Positions 11,802-25,176 of a DNA stretch of 64,000 bases are shown in pieces. The translations under genes and the position numbers were made by a program. The stretch covers positions 115,878,001-115,942,000 of the forward strand of contig NC_043003.1 of NCBI RefSeq assembly GCF_006345805.1, written 5' to 3'. Position 1 is the first letter of the stretch. Every line of letters starts with the position of its first letter. The notes beneath the pieces are model-generated. The model worked only from the letters and a program-made list of their open reading frames with translations. It did not search any database and was not told the origin of the DNA. The stretch is from Octopus sinensis. Lineage: Eukaryota.

Positions 11802-12421
11802 TACTAAATAAAATATATGCATACATGCACACATATATGTACGTACCGACACCTACATGTATATATACATGCATATATAAATATATATACGTGAGTACAG
11901 GACACCACAACTAGACGTATAACTCAACGAAAAACGAAAACGGACAAGCCATATATATAGTTAAAAACAACAGCTAATATCGATTCCTTATACTCAAACT
12001 AACCTTCAAGCTTTTTGCCGTGCTGTAGCGTGACCGCAGTGGAATGAGTAAAATGAGTAAAAGAGAAACGATATATCAAAACCCAAAGTAAACATAAAAT
12101 CAAGGAATAATATGCAACAAGAGGGAAACGCAAACTGCAGTGATAGGTATGGTACGCAGAAAACCCTGGATAGAAATGATAAGACAAGGTTAAATCGGAT
12201 GAGCACTTACAGATTACTGACGTTGAAACCCAGGACAGAATAACAATAAAATGAATGAATGTAAACAATGCAGAACGAAAATCGTAAAAATTGAAATTAG
12301 GAAAATGACTGACCTCAAAATTGAAATGTTTGAACAATTCCGGACTATGGCGATGAATTTGAGAGTAAAATGTAGACGTTAATGATGATATTGGATCCAG
12401 TTTTTGGCACAAGATCAACAG

Positions 12422-12587
12422 GTTGGGGATAAGTTAAGTCGATTATGTCGACCCCCGTACACGAATGGTACTCATTTTATTGAGTACGAATAGATGAAGG
12501 ACAAAGTCGGCCTTGGCGGAATTTGAAGAACGTGACGACAGATGAAACGTCCAGCGTGCTAACGATTCCACCAGCTCACCGCCCTAA
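12422..12587 (-). mobile_element. Diverged SINE A-related copy
   Basis: aagtcgatta...ggcggaatttgaa...gtgctaacgatt...cagctcaccgcc. Confidence 0.65.
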
Positions 12588-15500
12588 AGGCGGAAGACAA
12601 TGCGGAAAAGTTAAAACTGCACACGTCAGAGGGAAAGAAAACCATTATACGCATAAATATTATAAGGAAAACCTTATTGTGTTGTGCTATTGTATTTGAA
12701 AAAGAATATTGTTCAATAATTCAAATTTACTTGCGAAAAAATAAATCCCAAGCAATCAACATGAAAAACTTAGTTGAAGAAAGTGTTTCGTCAATTCAGA
12801 AACATTCACTTAAGGAATGAAATGAAAAGAAAACTTTTACATTTAGTTTTGCTCTCTACTGTATATCCAATCAAACTTGAATGGTTTCGATAGTCCTTCC
12901 GTTTTCGATACAAAATAGACCCTGAGAGGCTTTTGGACATATCTGCATTTCTGAAATAAAAAGGGATCTTCTGGGATGTCTTTTAGGAAATTCCGTGTCA
13001 CAACATGAGATCAAAGTTGGTGGTACGTGACTGTTATTTAATCTCTGTTTTGATAGTGAGGTATAGATTACTGGATAAATACTGTGAAGCAATATACCTG
13101 ACAGTCTGTCGACCACCTTACAAATTCGCTGCATTCTGAAAGGGGATGAGACAATAGGCCTTTTAATTTCAGATGTAAAATATTAATAAGTTTCCTTTCT
13201 ACAATTTAAGAGCCAGTCCGTATAGCGCAAGTTAATCGTTTGAATATAATTATAAAGGAATTATAATAAAATATTAAGGAGCTGGAACCTACAAATAAAA
13301 GGGTTGAGAAAAGGGCGCCAAAGTTTATTAGGTATTTTGTAAAAAGTTGAACCTCATTGCATAATCACTGAAATACGTATAATCACATACAAGTTTACTT
13401 ATAGGTTCGCATGCATTATTGTACATTAGAAATAGAGTCGTTATGATGTTGCGCACACTGAAATATTAAAGGTAACAGAGATGATATTTGGTGTTTTCTA
13501 AACAAATTGCAATTTATGAATATCTAACACATGACATTTCGTAGCAATAATGTTCATACTATAAATCATGGAAGGTTATTTAAAATATAATTTTCGCTCC
13601 AATAAATATAAATAAATGAACTCTTGTTTGTCACCATCTTAGTACTATCTCAACCACGACCACTAACGGAGCGACGGTGAAGAATTTATTTATTTAATTT
13701 ACACTGTTTAATTTCTATTATGTATATTAGACTTCTACTACCTTTGTGTGTAAGGCTATAACTATGGAACAAAATCGAAGGCATAATCGATTTATGAGAC
13801 AACAATAATACCATTCGGAATACAATCGACTGAAAATCAATTAAATTGTATCGAAGAAATAATCTAATTATCGATAATAATTTAAAATATAGAAACAAAT
13901 GTTATGTTATCTGAAATACAATTTCAAAAGAACTTGTATATTTCATGGCTCTCTATAAACTATTGCGAAGTCATAGTTTAAAATAACATTGGAAAATCAA
14001 CCGATACAGTTAGTATTTATAGTAAACGGCGTGTGTGACAACAAAAATCTAATAATTTAAATCAAGGTAATTTTACTATTTGGCACACAAAGCAGATACA
14101 AATAAATAGAAAACTGTCCAAGCTGTCCACATAAAGGTGAAATGTCATTATTAATTATAATCGAGTTTTGTTCCATTATTAATCTTTGTTTCTTGGATGC
14201 AAACACACCCACCACCTCTTGGCAGTTTTGCTGTAGTTTTCTACATTTATTTTGTTCTGATTTTCACTAATATTCTCAGTTCTGATTTCTAGATTTCATC
14301 CAGAGTTTCAAGTCTAATTAATATATCAATTACTTGTGAAATTTTGGGGATAGAGTTGCGAAGAAGTTATTTCGTTAGGAAAGCGTCTCAATTTAAAAAA
14401 AAAGCTGAAAATCCGGTTACGTTTTGAAAATTATGCTGCAACAATTCTGTCGCCTCAAGACTCTCTGAATTTTTTTTTCAGCCACGGTAACTGAGCTGTC
14501 ATCCACAATATCACGATAACTTTCTAGAGTGTTTTTGGTAACAGATTACCCACGATATATGTGAATCATGTCCCAACATTAAGTAGCAAAAGAATATGGA
14601 TTCCACCCAAGAGAGGCGGGCCCTGTGATACCATGTGATGTGATACTGTTCCTCCAATCTATGTAGGAATTAGACATTTCTTGGTAATATTTGATGGAGA
14701 AGCGCTTATCGGTCCGTTTGTCAGTTTGGCTGACTTGCGCACGAGCTCTTCTGAGGTTTTTCCACCTGGAACACTATTACTGAATTTAATACTCGGTTTA
14801 GTCACTCAAACCAATAAATTATGCTCAGAAACTTCTTTTAACTACTAAATTGCAAACCCAATGGTGAACCCGTCTTTCAGTATTCCCTTAATATTCCACT
14901 ACCGAACAAAGACCATAGTGGTACTATGAAAATTACGAGGTGTCTACGATAGGAATGGGTATCAGAGGGTTATGCTCAATCCAGTCGAAAACATCAGAAT
15001 GTTTTAAATCATTAAACGCCTCTGTGATGTCATACTATTTCCTAGTAGATTCTATAAAGCAACCAATACTCGGGAATTTACTGGGATAATATTTTCCTAG
15101 GATTGAAGAAGACTCTGTGTCTTCGAAAACAAACAAAGACTACCAACTTCCTTTGCGATATCTTCTGCTTGCTCTATACGTAGAATATGTTTGGGACTAA
15201 ACTGTTCTTTTTAATAATACATTTTCTTCTCTTCTCGGTAGAATCACAGCTTTACATTAATTCAACTGCCGTTAGGAAATATCGTTGAAATATACACAAA
15301 TATCAGAAAGACCACGCGATCTCTAAAGCTTTGTATCGCTGAGACCCAAGAATATATGTCCTCTTATACTGCGTGTAGTCTAATTGTTACTTCAAGTGTT
15401 ACTTTCTCAGATGTTTCGCACTTAAGGCTGTTTCATAATAGTTGAGAGAAAGAGAGGTGATAAGTCCTGATCGAGGTCTAAAATGGTGTTCTCTAAATTG

Positions 15501-16532
15501 TCCTCAGTTGGAGAATCTCCACTGCAATGTTTGGAGTTTAGGAAGAACTTTGAAATATCCTGTGAAAAAGAAAAGTGGAAGAAGACACGAAATGGCGATA
15601 GAGTACCAAACAAAGACTGATGTTAATATCGGCAGAGAAAATAAGAGAGATAAGGAGGATAATTTTATCGTAATTGAGTATTGACGTGAGTAAAACAGGA
15701 AACTCTGCGGATAGAAATAAGAATGTACATATATGTGTGAGTCAACAGAAGTTTTAGTCATTCCAGTGTCAACAATGTTAGATTGCTACCCGTATTTGCG
15801 ATGATCAAAATATAGGTTAGCGCTGCATTGAAATGGCGTGTGACGGACCTAATTTCCAATGGACTGAACTATGGCAAATATACTATAAAAGCACGCCATA
15901 TTACACAATGCACTTGAAACTGAACGAAAGCCCATCACTAGAAGATCTCTTTTAGATTAAGTGGGCGTTAGGAGCAACGTGAGACCTCGATTTAAAATCC
16001 CAGCTGATCAAATTATACTCTGTATAGGAAATGTATAACTGCATCATCAATATCATCGTCATCATCTTCGTCATCATTATTGTCGTCGTCATCATCATCA
16101 TCATCATCAAAAGCATACATATATACGGTACATATAAATCAAATGAATAATTCAAAATATATATCTTACTCTAGACATGTTCCACCTGAATAGGACAAAG
16201 GAACGAGCAGAATTTGTGACAGTGTAGCAGAAGATTGCAATTATACGTACCAAAAGAAGAATATAAAATTATATGTTAGATGAATTTAAAATTTACAATA
16301 TTCTGCGCTTTAGAATACTAAGTACAGCCTGAAGCAATAATTATTATAAATAGTGTGCAACAGGTCTTATTAAGTATGTACTATAGACTTTCATTAGTAT
16401 GACTGCATTAGATGTGGCATGAGAGTAAATTGATCCTGGGTCCCTCTGCCTATGACTAAATGTATCTTAGTCCTTCTGTCCTCTAGGGACTTCCAGTTAT
16501 TGCATATCTTTGGCACAAAAATGAAAGAAGCC

Positions 16533-17300
16533 TATTTCTTTACTACCCGCAAGGGGCTAAACACAGAGAGGACAAACAAGGACGGACAAACGGATTAAGT
16601 CGATTACATCGACACAGTGCGTAACTGGTACTTAATTTATCGACCCCGAAAGCATGGAAAGGCAAAGTCGACCTCAGCGGAATTTGAACTCAGAACGTAA
16701 AGACAGACGAATTACCTATTTCTTTACTACCCACAAAGGGCTAAACACAGAGAGGACAAACAAGGACACACAAAGGGATTAAGTCGATTACATCGATCCA
16801 GTGCGTAACTGGTACTTAATTTATCGACCCAGAAAGGATGAAAAGGCAAAGTCTACCTCGGCGGAATTTGAACTCAGAACGTAAAGACAGACAAAATACC
16901 TATTTCTTTACTACCCACAAGGGGCTAAACACAGACAGGACAAATAAGGACAGACAAACGGATTAAGTCGATTACATCGACCCCAGTGCGGAACTGGTAC
17001 TCAATTTATCGACCCCGAAAGGATGAAAGGCAAAATCGACCTCGGCGGAATTTGAACACAGAACGTAACGGCAGACGAAATACCTATTTCTTTACTACCC
17101 ACAAGGGGCTAAACACAGAGAGAACAAACAAGGACAGACAAAGGGATTAAGTCGATTACATCGACCCAGAGCGTAACTGGTACTTAATTTATCGACCCCG
17201 AAAGGATGAAAAGGCAAAGTCGACCTCGGCGGAATTTGAACTCAGAACGTAACGGTAGACGATATATGGCTACGTATTTAGCTCGGCGTGCTAACGAATG
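16533..17300 (-). mobile_element. SINE family A tandem tetramer (184-bp units) with 11-bp TSD
   Basis: Units 16533-16716, 16717-16900, 16901-17084 and 17085-~17268 plus a truncated head; flanked by TGAAAGAAGCC (16522-16532) and TGAAAGAAACC (17301-17311). Confidence 0.9.
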
Positions 17301-17580
17301 TGAAAGAAACCTGTTTTGTGAGAAAAATTTGCACCTCTACCAGGTCAAGCCGCTTACGTTAATGCTGATTCATTCTGTGGTTTTTTATTTCAGGTTATTT
17401 ATATCAGCAACACAAACACCTGCTGTTAATTTAGTGTTTGTCTTCATTGGTCATAATTTAGCAACAAATTATCATTTTGACATTCAGTTATTCTTTTATG
17501 AAAGACAGTTTAATATATCATCACATAAATAACAACGAAACAAATAACATTAGAGAATTGGAGTTTCCAACTGCAGAATA

Positions 17581-18000
17581 TTACTCTTTACTCTTTTACT
17601 CTTTTACTTGTTTCAGTCATTTGATTGCGGCCATGCTGGAGCACCGCCTTTAATCGAGCAACTCGACCCCGAGACTTATTCTTTGTAAGCCCAGTACTTA
17701 TTCTATCGGTCTCTTTTGCCGAACCGCTAGGTAACGGGGACATAAACACACCAGCATCGGTTGTCAAGCAATGCTAGGGGGACAAACACAGACACACAAA
17801 CATACACACACATACACATATATATATACATATATACGACGGGCTTCTTTCAGTTTCCGTCTACCAAATCCACTCACAAGGCTTTGGTCGGCCCAAGGCT
17901 ATAGCAGGAAACACTCGCCCAAGATGCCACGCAGTGGAACTGAACCCTGAACCATGTGGTCGTTTAGCAAGCTACTTACCACACAGCCACTCCTGCGCCT
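17581..18000 (-). mobile_element. SINE family B, full length
   Basis: Reverse complement of the 26665 copy, including the (TTACTCTT)n tail. Confidence 0.85.
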
Positions 18001-18058
18001 ACCTGTACCTTCTTTGTATTTTTTCCTGCCGTTCAGATTTGATTACATAAAAAATATT

Positions 18059-18456
18059 GGGATCTTTTCGGTTTGAACGGTAGTTTTTTTCTAGCTGTGT
18101 CATATGAAATTGTCACCCATAATTATGATCCTAGTATCGATCTATTGCATTTCAATCTCTGGTGGAAGGGTATCTTTTTCTTCACAAATGTAAATAAACC
18201 CAATCTGTTTCTTAAACGAGTGACATATTCATACGGCACAGAATGTTTTTTTTTACTTCAATACACGTCATTGATTGGTTAAAATTGCAGAAATTGAAGA
18301 AAAAAACAACAAATATCTTACAAACTATAGAATTTTCTCAATAAAGCCAAGAGAAAAAGATGTTTTATAAACACATTCTACCAGTATACGAAGTTTAAAA
18401 CTTTTTAGTTACCTAGAAATTATGTTAAAAACTGCCGTTCAAACCGAAAAGATCCA
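18059..18456. mobile_element. MITE with ~28-bp TIRs (GGGATCTTTTCGGTTTGAACGG...)
   Basis: Terminal inverted repeats; second copy at 24735-25176 in opposite orientation; flanks AATATT/AATATA. Confidence 0.8.
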
Positions 18457-18597
18457 AATATAGCTATTACGTAGTTATACATGTACCTATCATGCATGAG
18501 CATTTGTCTGGGATATGTATTCTACATACACTTACTGGTAGTGGTTAAGAGCGCGGGCTACTAACCCCAAGATTCTGAGTTCGATTCCAGGTAGTGA

Positions 18598-18641
<44 letters not shown>

Positions 18642-18672
18642 TAATAATAATAATATAATAATAATAATAATA

Positions 18673-18800
<128 letters not shown>

Positions 18801-19355
18801 TGCCCTGATGCAGTACCAGACAGTGGCTTTCATGGCTTCTGATCTTAACTGATTGGAAGTGTTATCATGTACATTGTTTTGTCTTGGTATAAAAGATAGG
18901 CTACAGCAAATATTCTGCTCAATACCACAGATTTGCTTGTCAGTTGTTTTACCTTAACCAGTTGAGCATGTCCCTTAGTGGCTGACGATATGTGCATCTC
19001 TGATCACGAGCAGAAGTAGTGGGGGAGGATCATAGCCATGTGTTGAGAGGGATTCTTTGGGATTTGAATAATTCACCTCTGGAAACATGGGTGGTTCTTT
19101 CAACATCCTTAAACAACCCTTATTCAGGGACCTTTTGAGCGGGATGGGCTACTCAACTTGAAGAAAATTCTAACTGGGCCCCACTTGCAAGGTCATGTGC
19201 TGTTTATCTTGATATGAGATCACTATGTCGCGCACATATGGTTGTCATGCATGTGCCTGGTGTACCCTTATCAGACGGGTAATCATGATGGGTATATTGG
19301 GCTTCGTATATTTTACCCCAGTGTCACTTTAATGGCATGAACTGCTCTCTCACTC
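18801..19355 (+). mobile_element. Non-coding (TAA)n-flanked element, 555 bp
   Basis: Bounded by (AAT)n on both sides; 3' end shared with 247-355. Confidence 0.7.
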
Positions 19356-19425
19356 AATAATAATAATAATAATAACATCTAAAAATACCTTAAGAATGAG
19401 AAGCCAGGTTCGAAATTTCCCCAAG

Positions 19426-19469
19426 ACACCTGATGAAGGCTGGAGAGTATATTAGCTGGAATGTTGTGT
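19426..19469 (+). ncRNA. Degenerate hammerhead-like motif in the SINE E tail
   Basis: ACAC-CTGATGA-A-GGCTG-GAGAGTATAT-TAGCT-GGAA-T-GTT-GTGT; stem I ACAC/GTGT, stem II fully paired with wobbles, GAAA mutated to GGAA. Confidence 0.5.
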
Positions 19470-19794
19470 TATCAAGAAAGAAGATGAGGACAAATATCCG
19501 TCAAATGTAAATAATGTAAATCATGTACGCTTGCTGGTGTCTAATTCTTGGATATCGTTAGCCAAACTCATAGAAACTGAGTGTTTTATTGGTATGTGCC
19601 TGGAATGTTTAATCCCTTTTATCTAACACACACTCCCTCACATACACACACACATATATACTGCAAATGATATTCTGGCGTTTAAATTATTTATAGAAAA
19701 AAACCCTTCATGAATTTAAGGGTCTCAAAATAATATTAACAATAATATTATACACATTTTATTCATTTTCTTCAATGTATATCAACATTTATGT

Positions 19795-19970
19795 TTACCA
19801 ACCGATGCTGGTGCGTTCACGTCCCGTAACTTAGCGGTTCGGCAAAAGAGGCTGATAGAATAAGTACTAGGCTTCCAAAGAATAAGTCCTGGGGTCGATT
19901 TGGTCGACTAAAGGCGGTGCTCCAGCATGGCCACTGTCAAATGACTGAAACAAGTAAAAGTGTAAAAGGG
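19795..19970 (+). mobile_element. SINE family B 3' fragment
   Basis: accgatgctggtg...cttagcggttcggcaaaagag...gactgaaacaagtaaaag. Confidence 0.75.
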
Positions 19971-20658
19971 AATATTTATTAAGGAAAAATGTAAGGTGAA
20001 CCCAAATACCTTAACAGTATTATAGCAGCCGTGACTCTTAAAAGTTTTGAAAATATTCTTATAGCGTAGTGATCTGAATGAATATATTAAGGGGCGGCTA
20101 ATTCCGATTATAGCGAATAAATCTATAAAAGAAAATGTTAATTCACATGCTTTTCAAAATATTTATGTCGTAATATACTGTGTACGTGGCAAAGATTATG
20201 ATTTCTAAATACCCAGATCAGTCAGAAAAGGAATGATAATTCACCACCAACAAAAACCGTGATTTCAATGAGTATTTAGAGAGGAACTCAGCCACGAAAT
20301 TTTAAACTTTTGCAATTAAACATATTTAAGTAAGTATGACAGAAAAATAAACAGCCAATAAAGAAACATTTAATGAAACATATAAACGAAGTTTCAATCT
20401 TTCACCAATTAATGACATTTCAAATTTAATTTATTAACCAGTCTATTAACTTTTATCTTTTACTTGTTTCAGTCATTAGCTGTCAGCCATGCTGAGGCAC
20501 TGCCATAAGCTGGTAGTCGAATTAGTCACCACCAGTGTTTATTTTAAAACTTGGTACTTATTCTGTCGTTCTCTTTCGACAAATCCCTAAGTTACGGGTA
20601 TGCAAACACCCCTACACCGGTTGACAAGTGGTGGTGAAGGTGGGCAATGCAGACACAT

Positions 20659-20697
<39 letters not shown>

Positions 20698-20754
20698 AAT
20701 TATATCAAGGATGTCAAATCCTTTCAAGAAATGTTACTATCCAAGTTCGTCAGT

Positions 20755-20828
<74 letters not shown>

Positions 20829-20861
20829 CGCGTGTGCGTGTGTGGTGTGTGTGTGTGTGTG

Positions 20862-21127
20862 TGTGGAGGCGCAATGGCCCAGTGGTTAGTGCAGCGGACA
20901 CGCGGTTTCGATTCCCAGACCGGGCGTTGTGTGTGTTTATTGAGCGAAAACACCTAAAAGATCCACGACCCCTGTTGTACTCTTTCGCCACAACTTTCTC
21001 TCACTCTCTCTTCCTGTTTCTTGGGTGACGCTGCAAGGGACTGGCGTCCCGTCCAGCTGAGGGGACCACATACGACACAGAAACCTGGAAACCGGACCCA
21101 TGAGCCTGGCTAGGCTTGAAAATGGCG
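20862..21127 (+). mobile_element. tRNA-derived SINE, body D + tail 1
   Basis: TGTGGAGGCGCAATGGCCCAGTGG head; GAGCGAAAACACCTAA; TGGCGTCCCGTCCAG tail. Confidence 0.75.
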
Positions 21128-21138
21128 ACGTTTGTCGT

Positions 21139-21170
<32 letters not shown>

Positions 21171-21924
21171 CACGACGAGTTCCCTTCAATTTCCGTCTAC
21201 CAAATCCACTCACAAGACCTTATTCGGCCTGTGGTTATACCAAATGACATTTGCCCAAGAAACCGCGCACCAGGACTGAACCCGGCTTCTTACCACACTG
21301 CCAAATATGTATACATTTCTAATAGATCAATATAAATAACTCAATTACATAAATTCACATCCATACTTCACTTGGGTCTTAAGTTTATTGTCTCAGCAAT
21401 GATTTCTGATTCTGTCCCTCTCTCAGTTGGATATAATCTCAATCCACAGCAATGCTGCATTCGATGTTCGATTAGGATCTCCTGTGTCTTTTAAAATCTA
21501 ATCGAATGTTGAATAGAACTTGGTAATAAAATTTCCGATGGATCTAATATATTTGGTGAATAATATAAGTGTTCGTACGACAAGTCACTAAGATTGAAAT
21601 TGCATTCGACGTTTCTGGGTGGTATCTTAGTTTCTTGCATCTGTGTGCACATATATAGTTCTAAAGGGACCATATGTTTGTGTCTGTAGGAGTGTATCTG
21701 TGTGTTTCTCTGTGCGCGTGTGTGTGTGTATGTGTGTGTTTGTGAGTGTGTGTGTGTGTGTGCCAGATATTGAACAGAACTTTAACGAGGGTATAAGGAA
21801 TACAGAATATTTGTGAAGTAGAGATTAATATATAAAGCGAGGTCAACAAAGTCAATGCATTTTAAATATATAAATGTAGGGGACTGTGCAGGTCACTCAA
21901 TCGGCGTAGATCATATGCAGCTTC

Positions 21925-22008
<84 letters not shown>

Positions 22009-22075
22009 ATATATAATATATATATATACGCGTACACTCACACACTCACACACATATACACAAACATACACAGAG

Positions 22076-22134
<59 letters not shown>

Positions 22135-22584
22135 TGTATGTATGTATGTATGTATGTATGTATGTATGTATGTATGTATGTATGTATGCGTGTATATGCA
22201 GGGGCAAGCTGATATACTTATGAAGCGAATGCATTTCGATATATGCTTCTTTCACAATGATCAATATCGCGCACAGGAACTTCATACAGGCGCGAATAAA
22301 CAATGGAACTTTAGAACGCTCCGGATGCTGTGGATGCCGTGACATCTTGTGCTTCGGCAAATGTCAATTGCCTTCTCATTTGTAGTTTTCATGATTCACG
22401 GCGGAAACTTTCGTGTAACATAGTCACCAGAATTTGCAATATCCCATGTGCGAGTGGCTACATCTCTTTTGCTGTTTCATTTTAGGGATCTGCACGTTGA
22501 TGCGAACTCATACGTATATAGCAATACAACTGTAATGAGCGATGTGGTGAGTGCATGTATATATATATATATATATATATACAA

Positions 22585-22680
<96 letters not shown>

Positions 22681-22681
22681 T

Positions 22682-22760
<79 letters not shown>

Positions 22761-22829
22761 TTAGATCGATAGATTGATAGATAGATAGATGTGTATAGTG
22801 TGTATTTGTGACTGAAACAAACGTTAAAG

Positions 22830-22871
<42 letters not shown>

Positions 22872-23334
22872 TTCTCGTGAATTATTTGCTCCTAGTGGGA
22901 ATGATTTTCAAACAGGTGGCTGCCATGATTCTGTGCAAAACGAATCAGTTGCAGCGCAGATGTCTACATAATAGCTTGGAGCTCTCTATCATGCTAACGT
23001 GCTGAAAAAGGTGAGGTTAATATGGCAGTTGAGAAACCGGTCCACCTGAATCCAAATACATGGAGATTGACTTTGCTTATTTGCCTTGGGACGGTTGATT
23101 TCTGTCATTATCATGTGTATTTTGGCGATTTAAGACTTTTGACAGTTAGTTCGTCCTTGATTAAGTTTAATCCTTCAGCTACTTAATGTCTTTTGGAGGC
23201 CTGCAATCACCTATGTTATTGATTCTGTTATCATATGTTTTAAATTGTAACACTAGATAATAATAGAGTCATTAGTATCTTCGCAAATTAATATTCGTGA
23301 ATTAGTTTCCTTGTGAACTATTTGCTCCGCATTG

Positions 23335-23387
<53 letters not shown>

Positions 23388-23444
23388 TTTGCGTAATAAG
23401 ATGAACAACCAATGCTGTGTAGATATTAGAGCGTTTATAAATGG

Positions 23445-23496
23445 GTCTTACAGCTGTTTCTAGGATATTTATTAATTATATCCCTTCATCGGAGAC
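23445..23496 (-). ncRNA. Hammerhead-like motif with palindromic stem III
   Basis: Minus strand GTCT-CCGATGA-A-GGGATAT-AATTAATAA-ATATCCT-A-GAAA-CAGCTG-TA-AGAC; ACAGCTGT palindrome. Confidence 0.5.
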
Positions 23497-23569
23497 GGAA
23501 TGAGAGGATAGTTAAGTTATAGTTAGCTTAGATGTGATACAAAATAGAGAGTGAGGTGGAGGAAAGAAA

Positions 23570-23570
<1 letters not shown>

Positions 23571-23617
<47 letters not shown>

Positions 23618-23671
23618 TTAGATAGATAGATAGATAGATAGACAGACAGACATATAGATAGATAGATAGAT

Positions 23672-23742
<71 letters not shown>

Positions 23743-23769
23743 TAGATAGAAGGTAGATAAATCGATAGG

Positions 23770-23808
<39 letters not shown>

Positions 23809-23953
23809 ATCGATAGATAGATAGATAGATAGATAGGTAGATAAATAGATAGATAGATAGGTAGATAGATAGATTGATAAATAGATAGATATATAGATAG
23901 ATAGATAGATAGATAGACAACAGACTGTCAGACAGACAGACAGACAGACAGGC

Positions 23954-24045
<92 letters not shown>
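23571..24045. repeat. Long (GATA)n/(GACA)n tract; others at ~22625-22790, 43245-43370, 57290-57428, 59352-59470 and 60553-60627
   Basis: Seen directly. Confidence 0.95.
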
Positions 24046-24046
<1 letters not shown>

Positions 24047-24734
24047 CGTGTGTATGTGTTTGCTTATGTGTGTATGTTCTCAGGTTGCTCACACAACACT
24101 ATACTTATGAATGTGTATGCTCTTGTTTTCCTATGTGGTCGTTGACATATGCATTTTATTTGCCGATGTTATCATGACGTCTTGTGCTTACATTAACAGC
24201 CAATCGCTGTACTGTAAGGCCATTTCTCCAACAGATGAATATCTGATGATATCGGCTGATAGATAGCCAGATCAATCTTTTAGATATCGTGTGAGACATA
24301 ATGCAGTAACTCTATCGATCAGAATTTGTTTTTGTTTTTGATAATATCTATACTTAGTGTCTGGCAGTTTTAGTCGCAAAGAATTATTGTCTTAAGTCTG
24401 TAGTAATCATTTAACCAAAGTATATATCGAGATCATTTAACAATAGCTATACGAAACTAAGCATTAGGACAGCAACTTATTAAAAATGGAAATTGCTAAA
24501 CAGGACTAGATCGTTGTCTTATTGTCTTCTTGATATGGATGTTTCTCCTTCTAGTATAACATTCCATTAGGGTCTTTTTGCGGTAGAAGTTTCCATTCTC
24601 TTTTCTATTACTTTATATTAGATTCTTTCAGAAGCAACTAATTATTTTTGTATTCCCCCACATTATCTGCGATATATTCATAAACGTTTTGTCACATTCT
24701 ATTTGAATAATTGGGGAGTCGTAATAACACACTT

Positions 24735-25176
24735 GGTATCTTTTCGGTTTGAATGGCAGTTTTTAACATAATTTCTAGGTAACTAAAAAATTTTAAACTA
24801 CGTATAGTGGTAGAATGTATTTATAAAACATCCTTTTTCTCTAGGCTTTATTGAGAAAATTCTATAGTTTGTAAGATATTTGTTGTTTTCTTTCTTCAAT
24901 TTCTGCAATTTCAACCAATCAATAACCGTCTATTGAGGTAAAAACATTCTGTGCCGTATGAATATGTCCCTCGTTTAAGAAACAGATTGGGTTTATTTAC
25001 ATTTGTGAAGAAAAAAACGATACCCTTCCCCCACCCCTAACCCTAACTAACCCTAATTCTAACCCTAACCCTAAATTAGATTGAAATGCAAAAGATCGAT
25101 GCTAGGGTCATAAATATGGGTGACAATTTCATATGACACCGCTAGAAAAATCTGCCGTTCAAACCGAAAAGATCCC
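24735..25176. mobile_element. MITE, same family, with 6-bp TSD ACACTT and an internal (CCCTAA)n-like tract
   Basis: TIRs at both ends; ACACTT on both flanks; internal sequence is the reverse complement of 18059-18456. Confidence 0.85.

Noticed and set aside
12871-13140. Minus-strand exon (ECSEFVRWSTDCQ... or the 87-aa ORF) as a paralogue of the Cys-rich gene
   Set aside because: An acceptor-like site exists, but there is no sequence similarity and no compatible partner exons were found.
15422-15520. Protocadherin-like fragment (SGLITSLSLNYYET on minus strand)
   Set aside because: A short resemblance only; no DxNDN, DxD or LDRE motifs, and stops flank it.
16533-17300. Regular repeat array as CRISPR or satellite
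   Set aside because: Units are contiguous 184-bp SINE bodies with no unique spacers, the context is eukaryotic and no cas genes are present.
18535-18601. Functional tRNA gene
   Set aside because: It has A/B boxes but no complete acceptor stem; it continues into a repeat tail and has a diverged second copy, so it is a SINE head. The same applies to the other tRNA-like heads.
24243-24275. Additional hammerhead at CTGATGA-TATCGGCT...AGCCAGAT
   Set aside because: A hairpin follows the core, but GAAA and stems I/III are missing.
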